This document shows positions 41,108-51,404 of a stretch of 64,000 nt of DNA, piece after piece (position 1 is the stretch's first letter; every line of letters starts with the position of its first letter). The position numbers and the translations under genes were made by a program. Source of the DNA: a bacterium (lineage in GTDB: Bacteria > UBA8248); NCBI GenBank assembly GCA_965213625.1, contig CBDBZU010000004.1, forward strand, positions 1,728,001 through 1,792,000, written 5' to 3'. The notes below the pieces were generated by a model that saw nothing but the letters and a program-made list of their open reading frames with translations, did not search any database and was not told the origin of the DNA.

Positions 41108-41884
41108 ATGCAAAATCAGTATTTTGGTGATATTGGAGATTTTGTGAAATACGGACTTTTGCGGCAAATTTGCGGACTCACCTCAAAGAGGGGTAGCAAG
41201 AGTAAGCTGTCTCTTGGGGTCGTTTGGTATCTGATGCCGAACGGAGGCGGCAATGATGGCGGAAATACCTCTTATCTCCACAATCCCGAAGAATATCGGG
41301 AGTGCGATGTAGATTTGTACGATTTTCTGAAAAGCATCGTGTGTTCACACCGATTCACAAGAAAAGTGTCCCATATTCAGAAATCCATCTTGTTTCCGTC
41401 CAAAACAGCGTATCATGACAAAATTTTGCCATATGGCGATGGTATGGAAAAGGCTGGACTTCTTAAAAAGAGAGATGAGTGGTTAGGCTGCGCGAAACAC
41501 AAGGTACGCAATTGCGATGTCGTTTTCTGCGATCCCGATAACGGATTCGCAGTTAAATCTGTTGGAAAACAAAATGACTCCAAGAATAACAATGGAGGAA
41601 AATACGTTTTCTGGGATGAGGCAAAGACATTTTGCCAATTACATGAAAAACAAACTGTTGTCTATTATCAGCACAGAGACAGAAACAAGAACCAGGTAGG
41701 TGAAAAGGTCGGTAAAATTCGTAAGTTTCTCCCGGATGGAACTTGTGTCTTCTCAGTCCTGTTCAAGAATCGAATGTTTTTTGTGATTCCATCCCCAAAA
41801 CATCGGGACTTGGTATTGGGCCGCCTCAATGAAATGAAGGATGGGCCTTGGGCGCGCGTCGGTTTGGAAGTTTGTGACCATTGA
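41108..41884 (+). CDS. Hypothetical protein, AT-rich
   Basis: 258-aa ORF with QYFGDIGDFVKYGLLR and VFCDPDNG; composition differs from flanks. Confidence 0.7.
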   Translation: MQNQYFGDIGDFVKYGLLRQICGLTSKRGSKSKLSLGVVWYLMPNGGGNDGGNTSYLHNPEEYRECDVDLYDFLKSIVCSHRFTRKVSHIQKSILFPSKTAYHDKILPYGDGMEKAGLLKKRDEWLGCAKHKVRNCDVVFCDPDNGFAVKSVGKQNDSKNNNGGKYVFWDEAKTFCQLHEKQTVVYYQHRDRNKNQVGEKVGKIRKFLPDGTCVFSVLFKNRMFFVIPSPKHRDLVLGRLNEMKDGPWARVGLEVCDH

Positions 41885-41984
41885 CGCTACCCGCCAAGGA
41901 CTATAACAGGTAACCACAATCGCGGTTTTCAGTGCTTTGGATTAATTGTTTTTATTGTCATTTTCATTTGCAAGGAGATTTTAA

Positions 41985-43184
41985 ATGGTAGTTGCTTTTG
42001 ACTCCCAGGCCGTGGGTGCGAATCGCTTGGAAGAGATTCCCTTTTCTGGCATACGCAAGGTTTTTGACGCCGTGGCGAAGCTGGAAGGTGAGGGGCGCGA
42101 CGTCATCCACTGGCAGATTGGCCGCACAGATTTCGATACACCCGAGCACATCAAGCAAGGAGCCGCAGAATCCCTCGCACGCGGTGATGTGCATTACGCA
42201 CCCAGCACGGGAGTACCCGCCTTGCGGAAGGGCATTGCGCACAGGACGGAAATCGATACCGGCGTGGAGGTGAACCCCGATACGCAGGTAATCGTTATGG
42301 CGGGAGCGAATGAGGGCATCATGGTTTCCATGCTGGCGCTGGTCAATCCCGGCGATGAGGTGATTATCGCGCAGCCGAACTGGCATCATTATAAATCCTG
42401 CACCGCGTTGGCGGGCGGCGTGCCCGTCGAGGTGATGACGAAAGAAGAGAACGATTTCGCATTGCGCGCCGAGGATATCGAGGCGGTTTTAACGCCCAAG
42501 ACGAAACTCGTTTGCCTCACTTCCCCCGGCAACCCCACGGGCTGCACGATCCCGGAATCCGAACTGGCGAAAATCGCCGAACTGGCGGTGCAGCGTAATT
42601 TCATGGTGATGAGCGATGAGATATATGCACGCATTTATTATGGCGATGCGCCGTGCGCCCCGAGCATTTTCTCGCAGCCCGGCATGGCGGAACGCACGGT
42701 GATCATCAACGGATTCTCGAAATTCTACAGCATGGACGGCTGGCGCCTCGGCTGGACAGTGGCGAGTCCCGAGATTACCCGCCACTTGCTCAAGATCCGC
42801 CAATACACCACCGTATGCGTCAACACGTTCATTCAACATGGCGCAGCGCGTGGCGTACTGGAGGATCAGGCGCCCATGGAGGCGATGACGCGCGAATTCG
42901 ACAACAGGCGGCGTGTGATATCAGAAGGTTTGCGCGCCATCGAAGGCGTCACGCTGGCCGAGCCTACGGGCGCGTTCTATGCGTTCCCGAACGTGAAGGT
43001 ATTTGGGGAAACCTCGGGCGAGGTGGCGGACTATCTTCTGAACGAGCACGCCATCGCCACGGTGAACGGCGCTGTTTTTGGCGGCGAAGGATACCTCAGA
43101 ATCGCCTATTCGTGCTCGACGGAAGAATGTGAGCGTGGCGTAGAGCGCCTGGCCGCTGCTTTGGAGCAGCTTCGAAAAGGCTAG
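41985..43184 (+). CDS. Class I/II PLP aminotransferase (AspC-like)
   Basis: PGNPTG, SDEIY, GFSKFYSMDGWRLG, GAFY, YLRIAY. Confidence 0.92.
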   Translation: MVVAFDSQAVGANRLEEIPFSGIRKVFDAVAKLEGEGRDVIHWQIGRTDFDTPEHIKQGAAESLARGDVHYAPSTGVPALRKGIAHRTEIDTGVEVNPDTQVIVMAGANEGIMVSMLALVNPGDEVIIAQPNWHHYKSCTALAGGVPVEVMTKEENDFALRAEDIEAVLTPKTKLVCLTSPGNPTGCTIPESELAKIAELAVQRNFMVMSDEIYARIYYGDAPCAPSIFSQPGMAERTVIINGFSKFYSMDGWRLGWTVASPEITRHLLKIRQYTTVCVNTFIQHGAARGVLEDQAPMEAMTREFDNRRRVISEGLRAIEGVTLAEPTGAFYAFPNVKVFGETSGEVADYLLNEHAIATVNGAVFGGEGYLRIAYSCSTEECERGVERLAAALEQLRKG

Positions 43185-43213
43185 ATTAAGGTAAATTTCA
43201 TCTTGATGTGAGC

Positions 43214-43246
43214 AAAAATGCCCCCACATGCGATGGGGGCGTTTTT
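43214..43246. terminator. Bidirectional terminator between convergent genes
   Basis: AAAAATGCCCCCA-loop-TGGGGGCGTTTTT. Confidence 0.75.
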
Positions 43247-43269
43247 GGTTCGGGGATTTCAGTATTCTC

Positions 43270-43620
43270 TCAAACCCTCCCGTAATCGTCTTCTCGACGT
43301 TCGACGTCGTCCTCGCCGAAGTAGTCTCCAGTCTGCACCTCGATGAAAACGAAGGGCGTATCTCCTTTGTTTTCAACCCGATGCCATACTCCTTGCGGGA
43401 TATCCATGCTCTGGCCGGTGGAGAATGCGATTTCTTCTTCATCGCGGATTACGATGGCCTGTCCGGATATGGCGTGCCAGTGCTCTGACCTGCGCATATG
43501 ACGCTGCAGGCTGAGGCGATGTCCAGAATAAACGACAACCCGTTTAACCTTGTGGTCCGGCTCATCGGCCAAAACGGTGAAATACCCCCAAGGCTTAAGT
43601 TCCGTATGATTCTCGGACAT
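43270..43620 (-). CDS. Type II phosphomannose isomerase C-terminal cupin (stand-alone)
   Basis: KPWG, LSLQRH..RSEHW, HRVEN, IEVQTGDYFGEDD.ER.EDDYGR. Confidence 0.88.
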   Translation of the reverse strand: MSENHTELKPWGYFTVLADEPDHKVKRVVVYSGHRLSLQRHMRRSEHWHAISGQAIVIRDEEEIAFSTGQSMDIPQGVWHRVENKGDTPFVFIEVQTGDYFGEDDVERREDDYGRV

Positions 43621-43630
43621 CCGGATCCTC

Positions 43631-43669
43631 AAAGAAAAAACGGCGCCTCGGGAAGGGGCGCCGTCTCTT
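43631..43669 (-). terminator. Terminator downstream of cbtB-like gene
   Basis: ACGGCGCCTC..GGGGCGCCGT hairpin preceded on the + strand by an A-tract (U-tract on - strand). Confidence 0.65.
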
Positions 43670-43694
43670 GTCTGGCAACAGGTTGCCAGGCCTC

Positions 43695-43892
43695 TTAATG
43701 GCAGGGGAAGGCGAAGGCGTGGCGAGTGTCGTGGGCGGCGTCATGCAAGAGTTGGGGTTGGGCGAAACCCACGCCGTAGAGGATGAATATGCCGAAAACG
43801 ATCGCCAAAATAGCCGGTTTGACGGCCTCCAGACGCCGGATGAGGCCACCTGATACGACTTCTTGATTCACAGCGCTCTCATGTAAAGCCAT
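43695..43892 (-). CDS. cbtB: CbtB-like putative cobalt transporter subunit
   Basis: Single TM helix then GVGFA..LHDAAHDTRHAFAFPCH. Confidence 0.85.
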   Translation of the reverse strand: MALHESAVNQEVVSGGLIRRLEAVKPAILAIVFGIFILYGVGFAQPQLLHDAAHDTRHAFAFPCH

Positions 43893-44008
43893 CCAACCAC
43901 TCCTCTAAATTTTTACCGTATCGCCATGTATGGGGCAGATATTACCACATTTTCCCAAGAAGTCACTCCATCACGTTGTCCCCCGACTTTCATCATGAGG
44001 GATTCGGG

Positions 44009-44785
44009 TTAATCATCGATGATGGCCACCGCACGACACCAGGCGCCGCTGGCTCGCTCAATTTTGACGGGTAGCATCGAAACGGTGAACCCGAATTCAG
44101 GGATTTTATCGAGATTCATGAGTTTTTCCGCATGGATGTATTCTCTCTTACGTCCCAGGAAATGACTGCCGAAGAAATCTTTCGTGTTTCCCTGGCGTCT
44201 GAGTTCCGTCATCTTGGAGACGGGAATGTCGAAACCCCATGCGTCTATACCCATCACCTTGATCCCCTGATCGACGAGCCATTCCGTGGCGTCGACGCTC
44301 ATACCGGGGTGGGTTTGTTCAAAATCGGGGGTGTAGAGATACTTCGTGGTGTGATCGGTCCGAATGAGAACGATATCCATCGGCTTGAGTGAATAGCCTT
44401 TCTCTGCAAGGGATGACACCTTCTGCTGCGTTTCCTCCACCGTGATGTTGTGTCCGCGTTCGGCGTCATGAAAATCGAGGACCACCCCATCGCTCACGCA
44501 CCATTCGAGGGGGACGAGGTCGATCGTTTTCGAGGGTTTCCCCTCGGATTCAGGGCCGTAGTGGTAAGGGGAATCGAGGTGTGTACCACTGTGCGTGCTG
44601 ATGGCCGTGATGTTTTCGGTCGCGCAGTGCATGTGGTCGGGAAAATAACTGGTGTCCGGAAACTTGTATGATTTGGCTCGCATGCGCCCAAGTTCGGTGT
44701 GGTTTATGTATTGGATAGCGGCCGGGTTGTTCTCCATGGGCGCGTTTTGAAGGGGAACGCTTAAATCTACGATTCTACGGGCCAT
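44009..44785 (-). CDS. Cyclase/kynurenine formamidase family metallohydrolase
   Basis: DLSVPL, HSGTHLDSPYH, DIVLIRT, GIDAWGFD, EKLMNL, RAVA. Confidence 0.9.
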   Translation of the reverse strand: MARRIVDLSVPLQNAPMENNPAAIQYINHTELGRMRAKSYKFPDTSYFPDHMHCATENITAISTHSGTHLDSPYHYGPESEGKPSKTIDLVPLEWCVSDGVVLDFHDAERGHNITVEETQQKVSSLAEKGYSLKPMDIVLIRTDHTTKYLYTPDFEQTHPGMSVDATEWLVDQGIKVMGIDAWGFDIPVSKMTELRRQGNTKDFFGSHFLGRKREYIHAEKLMNLDKIPEFGFTVSMLPVKIERASGAWCRAVAIIDD

Positions 44786-44848
44786 TATTAGATACTCCTC
44801 ACATATTTGGTTTTGGGTGTTGGCCGCCCGGTGCCTGCAGGGTTCGGA

Positions 44849-45292
44849 TTATTCTTTATCCAACTTGAGGCCCGGCGGCGGAGCGGCGGCCTTTTCGCCG
44901 CGCTTGAGCAAGGGAAAAACCTCATTCGCGGCAATTCGAGCCGCCTGAAGCATATAGGGCATGCCGCAGTAAGTGGCCATCTGGATGATAACCTCCATGA
45001 TCTCGCGTTTCGTCGCTCCGCAGTTCCACGAGGCCTGAATGTGGGTGCGCAGTTGCGGATGCGCGTTGGCCATCACACATGCGGCCACGGCGCAAAGTTC
45101 TCTGGTTTTATGGGACAGGACGTTTCGGTCATAAAGCCCGCCGTAGCAGAAGTTCATGAAAAGTTCCATGAATTCCTCATCCGCCCATTCGGCCATGTCA
45201 TGACCGATGCGCTCGGTGAATTCCTTGGTCCATAGGTGTGTGCCGCGTTTGAGGGCGCTCGCAGGAATTTTGGGTTTTCGTTTTGGAGGCAT
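44849..45292 (-). CDS. Carboxymuconolactone decarboxylase family protein
   Basis: YGGLYDR..LSHKTREL, QLRTH, GATKREIME, YCGMP; ATG 45292 with GGAG RBS. Confidence 0.85.
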   Translation of the reverse strand: MPPKRKPKIPASALKRGTHLWTKEFTERIGHDMAEWADEEFMELFMNFCYGGLYDRNVLSHKTRELCAVAACVMANAHPQLRTHIQASWNCGATKREIMEVIIQMATYCGMPYMLQAARIAANEVFPLLKRGEKAAAPPPGLKLDKE

Positions 45293-45555
45293 TGTTTCTC
45301 CTTCAGTGGACTGATTCCGGAAACGGGCTTGTTTGGAAGACATTTGATCGAATTGGCGAAATTGCTAACACGCTCGAAAACGCCTGTCAAACCAAAACGG
45401 ATAGGTAACGAGAAAGTCTAATTAACGTACGGGTAATACTGTCGAAACGAGACTGAAATACTTCTCACCTACAAAAAATAGATGATGCTTCAGGGATGTG
45501 ATCTCTCGAAAATAGTAATTAGTGAAAATTATCAAAATAGATCGGAGGAGAGGGT

Positions 45556-46947
45556 ATGAGAAGAGGGTATCTCTACATGATGTCCGGACTGGTCTTCGCC
45601 GTAGGGGTTCTGTCCTTTGCCGACATAGGATTGGCGCAGGATGTAAAATCCATGGCAAAGAGCCTGGCGAATTTACAAGTCGCGGCGGACACTGTTTGGG
45701 TGATGGTGGCCGGGTTTCTGGTGTTTTTCATGCACGCAGGTTTTGCGATGCTCGAATCGGGACTTTGCCGGGCCAAGAACACTGTCGCTATTCTCTATAA
45801 GAATTTCGGAGTCGTCGCCGTCTCATCCCTGGCATTCTGGATATTGGGTTTCGCCCTCATGTTCGGCGATGGCAGCTCGATATTCGGTACGAACGGTTTT
45901 TTCCTGTCTGGGGCGGACAACAGCCCAGCCACGGGTGATGCGTACAAAGGTGTTTTCTCATCCCTGAATTGGACGGGTGTGCCGCTATACGCGAAATTTT
46001 TCTTCCAGCTTGTTTTCGCCGCGACGGCGGCGACCATCGTCTCGGGTTGTGTGGCCGAACGAATCAAGTTTTCCTCGTTCATGATTTTCAGCTTTCTGCT
46101 CGTAGCCATCATCTATCCCATCCAGGGCCACTGGATCTGGGGTGGCGGCTGGTTGGGAGGTATGGGATTTCTCGATTTCGCCGGTTCCACCGTGGTTCAC
46201 TCCGTAGGCGGCTGGGCTGGACTCGCCGGAATCATCGTTCTGGGTCCCCGGCTCGGGAAATATACGTCCGACGGTCGCATGCAACCGATGCCCGGCCACA
46301 ACATGCCGCTCGTCACGTTGGGTGGGTTCATCTTGTGGCTCGGATGGTTTGGATTCAACCCTGGTAGCACGATGGCCGCCGACGCGGGCGCCATCGCGCG
46401 TATCGCTGTAACGACAAATCTCGCCGCCTCTGCGGGCGTCGTGACTTCGAGCATTACTTCGCGGGCCATGTTCGGAAAAGCCGATCTTTCCATGAGCGTG
46501 AATGGCGCACTTGCAGGGCTGGTCGCCATCACGGCGCCATGCGCCAACGTTACTCCGCTGGGAGCGGTGATTATCGGTCTGGCCGCAGGCTTCATCGTCT
46601 GCGTTGCGATTCCGTTTCTCGATAAAATCAAGATTGACGATCCGGTCGGCGCCGTTTCCGTTCACTTGGTATGCGGTATATTTGGCACGCTTGCGCTGGG
46701 TTTGTTCGCCGCCCCTTCCGTTGACGATAGTGTCGTAGGTTTGTTCTACGGCGGCGGCGCAGGGCTCTTCATCAAACAACTAGTGGGAGTTGTCGCGGTC
46801 GGTGTCTTTACCTTCGTTTTGTCCTTTATTCTTTGGCATGTGGTGAAAGGTCTGATGGGCGTGCGCGTTTCCGCAGAGGATGAATTGGCAGGTCTCGACC
46901 TCTCGGAGCATGCGATGGAGGCCTACGCGGGCGAGAGGTTAGGTTGA
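45556..46947 (+). CDS. amtB: Ammonium transporter
   Basis: GFAMLESG, FQLVFA, GHWIWGGG, DFAGSTVVH, WFGFN, DDPVGAVSVH. Confidence 0.97.
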   Translation: MRRGYLYMMSGLVFAVGVLSFADIGLAQDVKSMAKSLANLQVAADTVWVMVAGFLVFFMHAGFAMLESGLCRAKNTVAILYKNFGVVAVSSLAFWILGFALMFGDGSSIFGTNGFFLSGADNSPATGDAYKGVFSSLNWTGVPLYAKFFFQLVFAATAATIVSGCVAERIKFSSFMIFSFLLVAIIYPIQGHWIWGGGWLGGMGFLDFAGSTVVHSVGGWAGLAGIIVLGPRLGKYTSDGRMQPMPGHNMPLVTLGGFILWLGWFGFNPGSTMAADAGAIARIAVTTNLAASAGVVTSSITSRAMFGKADLSMSVNGALAGLVAITAPCANVTPLGAVIIGLAAGFIVCVAIPFLDKIKIDDPVGAVSVHLVCGIFGTLALGLFAAPSVDDSVVGLFYGGGAGLFIKQLVGVVAVGVFTFVLSFILWHVVKGLMGVRVSAEDELAGLDLSEHAMEAYAGERLG

Positions 46948-47003
46948 TTCAGGCGCGAGGGGTTTATAACGAATGAATCTATCTGTTATCTTGAGAGGAA
47001 TGA

Positions 47004-47345
<342 letters not shown>

Positions 47346-47458
47346 GAATCTGCTCCGCAATGGGAGTTGTTTCCAGAACGAGGCGATGGCGTGGGCGATT
47401 CATGCTCATTTTCATTTGCCTCTAAATCGATTTCTAAGGCACGAATTTCCGACTTTCA

Positions 47459-47489
47459 GAAAACCGGCCCAGTTTCAAGGCCGGTTTTC
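47459..47489 (+). terminator. Probable terminator after glnK
   Basis: GAAAACCGGCC-loop-GGCCGGTTTTC. Confidence 0.6.
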
Positions 47490-47688
47490 TGCGTTTAAAT
47501 CTCTGAAACAGCACATTTTTTTAATGCGTCATTTTCAATAGACTCCCCGAAGTATCTGTTAATGCTGATTTTGAATGCCTTTCTTGAATTTAGTCATGCC
47601 TAAAAATATATTCAGCGAGGGTTGACTTTATTTTTATCTTCAGAATAAACTTATTTTGTAGGTTGTTTTTCTATGGGGAACCGAAAAC

Positions 47689-49650
47689 ATGATACGCGGC
47701 CTCAAAACGCCCGGGGCGAGGCTTGCTCTGCGAGTGAAAAATTCTTTGACGTTGCCGGCATGGCTTCTGGCTGCCGGTTTGCTGTTGATGGGTGTCTGCC
47801 CCGCTTCGGCGCATATCGTCCCTCCCGAGGAATTACACCCCGTTGCCGAAAGCTACCGTCGCACCAGTTTCATCTTGAATCTGAATCCCGTGCTCTGGCC
47901 GCAGGTGTGGTCCGATTTGAAGCGTATCGAAGATGCGCTCAGAAAAGTGAACTCTTCTGGCGTGAAGAAATTCCTGGAAGATCTGGCCAATGCCAAGCGT
48001 GTGGCACAACCCGTGGTGAGGGCTGATGAAGAACCGGACATGGTCGCCGCGCGCAAGATGGGGAGTCGTCTGGTTTTCTCGCTGTCCACGCGGGGGGTCG
48101 CTTCGCTGCTAATCTCTCAACTGGACGGAATCAAGGCGGGTTCTGGCAGAACTGAGGTGAAAAACCGCCTGGATGAGGCACGCAGAGTATTTCTGGCTTT
48201 CGCCGAGGCATTGCCGTACCTGGATCCTGAAGGTTGGAAGAGGATGCAAATCCATTGGCTCGAAGCGAATTCCAACCTCGGAGCCGCCGGGGTGATGGGC
48301 ATTGGTGCAAGGCCGATGAATATCGTGAAAATTCGCGAGAATATCGCGTTTATCCGACAGTATTTCCACTCGAACTTTTCCGGGTTCCGGGCCGGAAGAG
48401 AACACAGACTTCTGCCCCGTCCCAAAGCAAGCAAAACGTATATTGCAAAAGCAAAAGTACCGTGGCGGCTGCCTCCTGGTTCGGACATCAACAAACAACT
48501 CCCGCGTCCCAGACAAATTTTAGGCATGGCGGAGCGTGGAGTGAACGAGGCGGAAACATTTCTCATTGCCCTGGGCGATATGGCTTTTGACAGTGCGGAG
48601 ATTTTTGGTGAGCCCGCGCGCAGCTTAGGCGTTAGTTGCAACACCTGCCACAACAAGGGGGTGACGAATCCCAAATTCTTCATCCCGGGACTTTCCCGGA
48701 CGAAAGGCGGAATGGACGTGTCGAACAGCTTTTTTGCAGGGCACGCCAACAACGGTTTGCACGACCCGCTCGATACGCCCGACTTGAGGGGCATTCGCTT
48801 TACGGCCCCATACGGCAGAAACGGCCGTTTCGCCTCGCTCAGGGAATTCGTCCGCAACGTTATCGTGAACGAGTTCAACGGGCCCGAGCCCGACCCGATG
48901 ATCATGGACGGGATGATCGCCTACATGAACGAATTCGAGTTCTTGCCGAACCCGAAGCTGAAAAAAAGCGGCAGGCTCAATCCCGGGAAAGTTACAAAAA
49001 CGGCGCTGCGGGGCGAGAAGATTTTTCACCGGAAATTCCCCCAGATGATGGGCGGCATGAGTTGTGCGAGTTGTCACATCCCAAATGCGAACTTCGTGGA
49101 CCACAAACGTCACAACATCGGTTCCACGGGAGGAAGTAACCAGCCCTTTCATGTGGGCGGTCTAGATACGCCCACACTGCTTTCTTCGAAATTCACGGCC
49201 CCGTATTTCCACGACGGAAGCCTCCCCACCCTGCGGGCGGTCAATGATTGGTTCAACACGCAATTCAAGCTGGGATTGAACCGAAAGGATATCGACGACC
49301 TCACGGCCTACGTCGAAGCCGTGGGGGATGGCGTCCAGGGGATAGAAAAAACGGTTTACACGCTGGAGTCTGAGTTGGAGGAGTTCAAGTTTTTCCTCTC
49401 CACGTATGAGCGCTTGAAGAAGAAAAAGAAAAAAGAGTTGATCACCGTCTTGCTGAGAACGGTGGTCCGCGAAGTGCAGGCTCACAAATGGGATGTTCAG
49501 GACAAGGAGAATCTGCCGATTCTCAATGAAATGGAGAAGAAGCTGAATGAGGCCTTGCGAGCTCATCTCGCCGGCGACTTGAAGATAACCGACAGTAAAA
49601 TAGCAGCTTATCACGCCTTATATCAAGAAAACGTGGACAAACTTAAATGA
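47689..49650 (+). CDS. Secreted di-heme cytochrome c peroxidase/MauG-like protein with long N- and C-terminal extensions
   Basis: Signal peptide ending ASA; CNTCH (48637-48651) and CASCH (49063-49077); TPDLRG..APYGRNG, RGEKIF, TPTL..APYFHDGS. Confidence 0.8.
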   Translation: MIRGLKTPGARLALRVKNSLTLPAWLLAAGLLLMGVCPASAHIVPPEELHPVAESYRRTSFILNLNPVLWPQVWSDLKRIEDALRKVNSSGVKKFLEDLANAKRVAQPVVRADEEPDMVAARKMGSRLVFSLSTRGVASLLISQLDGIKAGSGRTEVKNRLDEARRVFLAFAEALPYLDPEGWKRMQIHWLEANSNLGAAGVMGIGARPMNIVKIRENIAFIRQYFHSNFSGFRAGREHRLLPRPKASKTYIAKAKVPWRLPPGSDINKQLPRPRQILGMAERGVNEAETFLIALGDMAFDSAEIFGEPARSLGVSCNTCHNKGVTNPKFFIPGLSRTKGGMDVSNSFFAGHANNGLHDPLDTPDLRGIRFTAPYGRNGRFASLREFVRNVIVNEFNGPEPDPMIMDGMIAYMNEFEFLPNPKLKKSGRLNPGKVTKTALRGEKIFHRKFPQMMGGMSCASCHIPNANFVDHKRHNIGSTGGSNQPFHVGGLDTPTLLSSKFTAPYFHDGSLPTLRAVNDWFNTQFKLGLNRKDIDDLTAYVEAVGDGVQGIEKTVYTLESELEEFKFFLSTYERLKKKKKKELITVLLRTVVREVQAHKWDVQDKENLPILNEMEKKLNEALRAHLAGDLKITDSKIAAYHALYQENVDKLK

Positions 49651-50555
49651 AGACTGCTATGCGTTTCATCCAGATTTCATTGTCGAAAGCACCGAGTGTT
49701 GCTCTCCTTGTATTCTCCATGTTCTTGTTCGCTTCGGTTCCCGTTCACGCTGCCGACAGAGAGATTCGGATCGCGTTCATTCCACTTGAGAATCCCGAAA
49801 AACTTATCAGCAACGTAAAGCCGGCGATGAATTTCCTGGAAAAAGAGTTGGGGCGCAAGGTCCGCTATTTCATCACCTTGAATTACTCGGCCGCAGTGGA
49901 AGCCATGATCTCGAAAAAAGCGGACGTAAGCTTCATGTCTCCGCTGCCCTATGTCCTGGCGAACAAGTATTCGGGAGTCAAGGCGGTCCTCGGGGAGATA
50001 TATGACGGAAAACCCTATTACTATTCCAGGATTTTCGTCCGCAAGGACAGCGGTATCAAGAAACTATCCGATCTCAAGGGCAAGACCATTGCTTATGTCG
50101 ACCCCATTTCGAGTTCGGGGTTTATGTACCCTCATGACATTTTCACTCGCGCTGGTTTGGTGAACGGGGGAGTGGCAAAGCCCGAGGGCGGATTTTTTAG
50201 AAGGGTTTATTTCGCAGGCGGGGATCAGCAGGCGATCAACTCGATAGTCGGAGGCTTCGTCGCCGCCGCCGGCGTCAGCCAATACGCCCTCAACCTCCTG
50301 CGTCCCGAGCAACGTGATCAGGTCGTCGCCATTGCGCAGTCAGCCAGAATTCCCAGTCACAACGTGGTGGTGCGCAAAGGGCTCGCCCCTGAAATCAGGC
50401 GAATATTCATCGCGGCGATGATGAAGATGAACCGGCCCGAAAATCGCAGTTTGATACGGGCTCTTTACGGAACGGATGGTTACGTGAAGGTTAACCACAG
50501 TCGATATAAGAAGGTGGCCGATATGGCTCGTAAGTATGGTTTCTTGAAGGAGTAG
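49647..50555 (+). CDS. PhnD-family phosphate/phosphite/phosphonate ABC substrate-binding protein
   Basis: Signal peptide, NYSAAVEAM, YYSRIFVRKDSGI..DLKGK, DPISSSG..P. Confidence 0.85.
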   Translation: MKTAMRFIQISLSKAPSVALLVFSMFLFASVPVHAADREIRIAFIPLENPEKLISNVKPAMNFLEKELGRKVRYFITLNYSAAVEAMISKKADVSFMSPLPYVLANKYSGVKAVLGEIYDGKPYYYSRIFVRKDSGIKKLSDLKGKTIAYVDPISSSGFMYPHDIFTRAGLVNGGVAKPEGGFFRRVYFAGGDQQAINSIVGGFVAAAGVSQYALNLLRPEQRDQVVAIAQSARIPSHNVVVRKGLAPEIRRIFIAAMMKMNRPENRSLIRALYGTDGYVKVNHSRYKKVADMARKYGFLKE

Positions 50556-50558
50556 GCA

Positions 50559-51404
50559 ATGTCGAAAGAAATGGTCATTCAGCTCGAAAATGCGCGCGTT
50601 GAGATGGGGGGACGGACGATTCTTTCTGTCGATCATCTCGAGGTCTATCGCGGGGAGAGAGTGGCCATTATCGGCAACAGTGGTTCCGGTAAGACGACCC
50701 TCATGAGAATGTTGAAGGGCTATGTGCCTTGTCAGGAGGGAAAGGTGGTTGTGATGGGGGATGTTTTTCCCATCAAGGAACCCAAAAAAATTAAAACCCA
50801 CCATCGCCATATCGGCATGATTCATCAGCATTTTGACCTGATTGGCCGCGAAACCGTCTGGCAAAACGTCTACCACGGAAGGCTCGGTTATGTGTCATTG
50901 CTTAAGAGCGTATTTGGAGTCTGCTCGCAACGCGATTTGCAAATCTGCGCACAGGCCATTCACGAAGTGCATCTCGAGGACAAGCAACGCCGCTTTGCCC
51001 GCACACTCTCCGGTGGAGAACAGCAGCGCGTGGCAATCGCCCGCGCTTTAGCGCAGGAGCCAGCGATTCTGCTTGCCGACGAGCCCGTATCGAGTCTGGA
51101 CCCGGCGTTGTCCGAGGACATTATGGATCTTCTCGTGTCGGTTTGCGACGCCTATGATCTCACGCTCATGATGAGTCTTCACCTTCCCGAGCTTGCGCGG
51201 AAGTATGCCGATAGAATTCTCGCGATGAAAAACGGAAAAATAATGTGGGATGGTTCTGCGGATTCCCTATCGAATGATAGGATATGTGAAATCTACGAGT
51301 TCATGGGAACGAACGGAGTCGTGAATGGGAACGGAACGAGAGCAAGCAGAAGCGCTTTCACCTGGCCGTATGGCTGGCAAGGTCAGCCTATTCCTGGTGG
51401 TTAG
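50559..51404 (+). CDS. PhnC-family ABC ATPase
   Basis: [47 protein letters not shown]. Confidence 0.9.
   Translation: MSKEMVIQLENARVEMGGRTILSVDHLEVYRGERVAIIGNSGSGKTTLMRMLKGYVPCQEGKVVVMGDVFPIKEPKKIKTHHRHIGMIHQHFDLIGRETVWQNVYHGRLGYVSLLKSVFGVCSQRDLQICAQAIHEVHLEDKQRRFARTLSGGEQQRVAIARALAQEPAILLADEPVSSLDPALSEDIMDLLVSVCDAYDLTLMMSLHLPELARKYADRILAMKNGKIMWDGSADSLSNDRICEIYEFMGTNGVVNGNGTRASRSAFTWPYGWQGQPIPGG

Noticed and set aside
43893-44008. Cobalamin riboswitch upstream of cbtB
   Set aside because: Too short and no B12-box motifs visible
45353-45366. Sigma54 promoter for amtB (TTGGCGAAATTGCT)
   Set aside because: GG-to-GC spacing is 7 nt rather than the required 10
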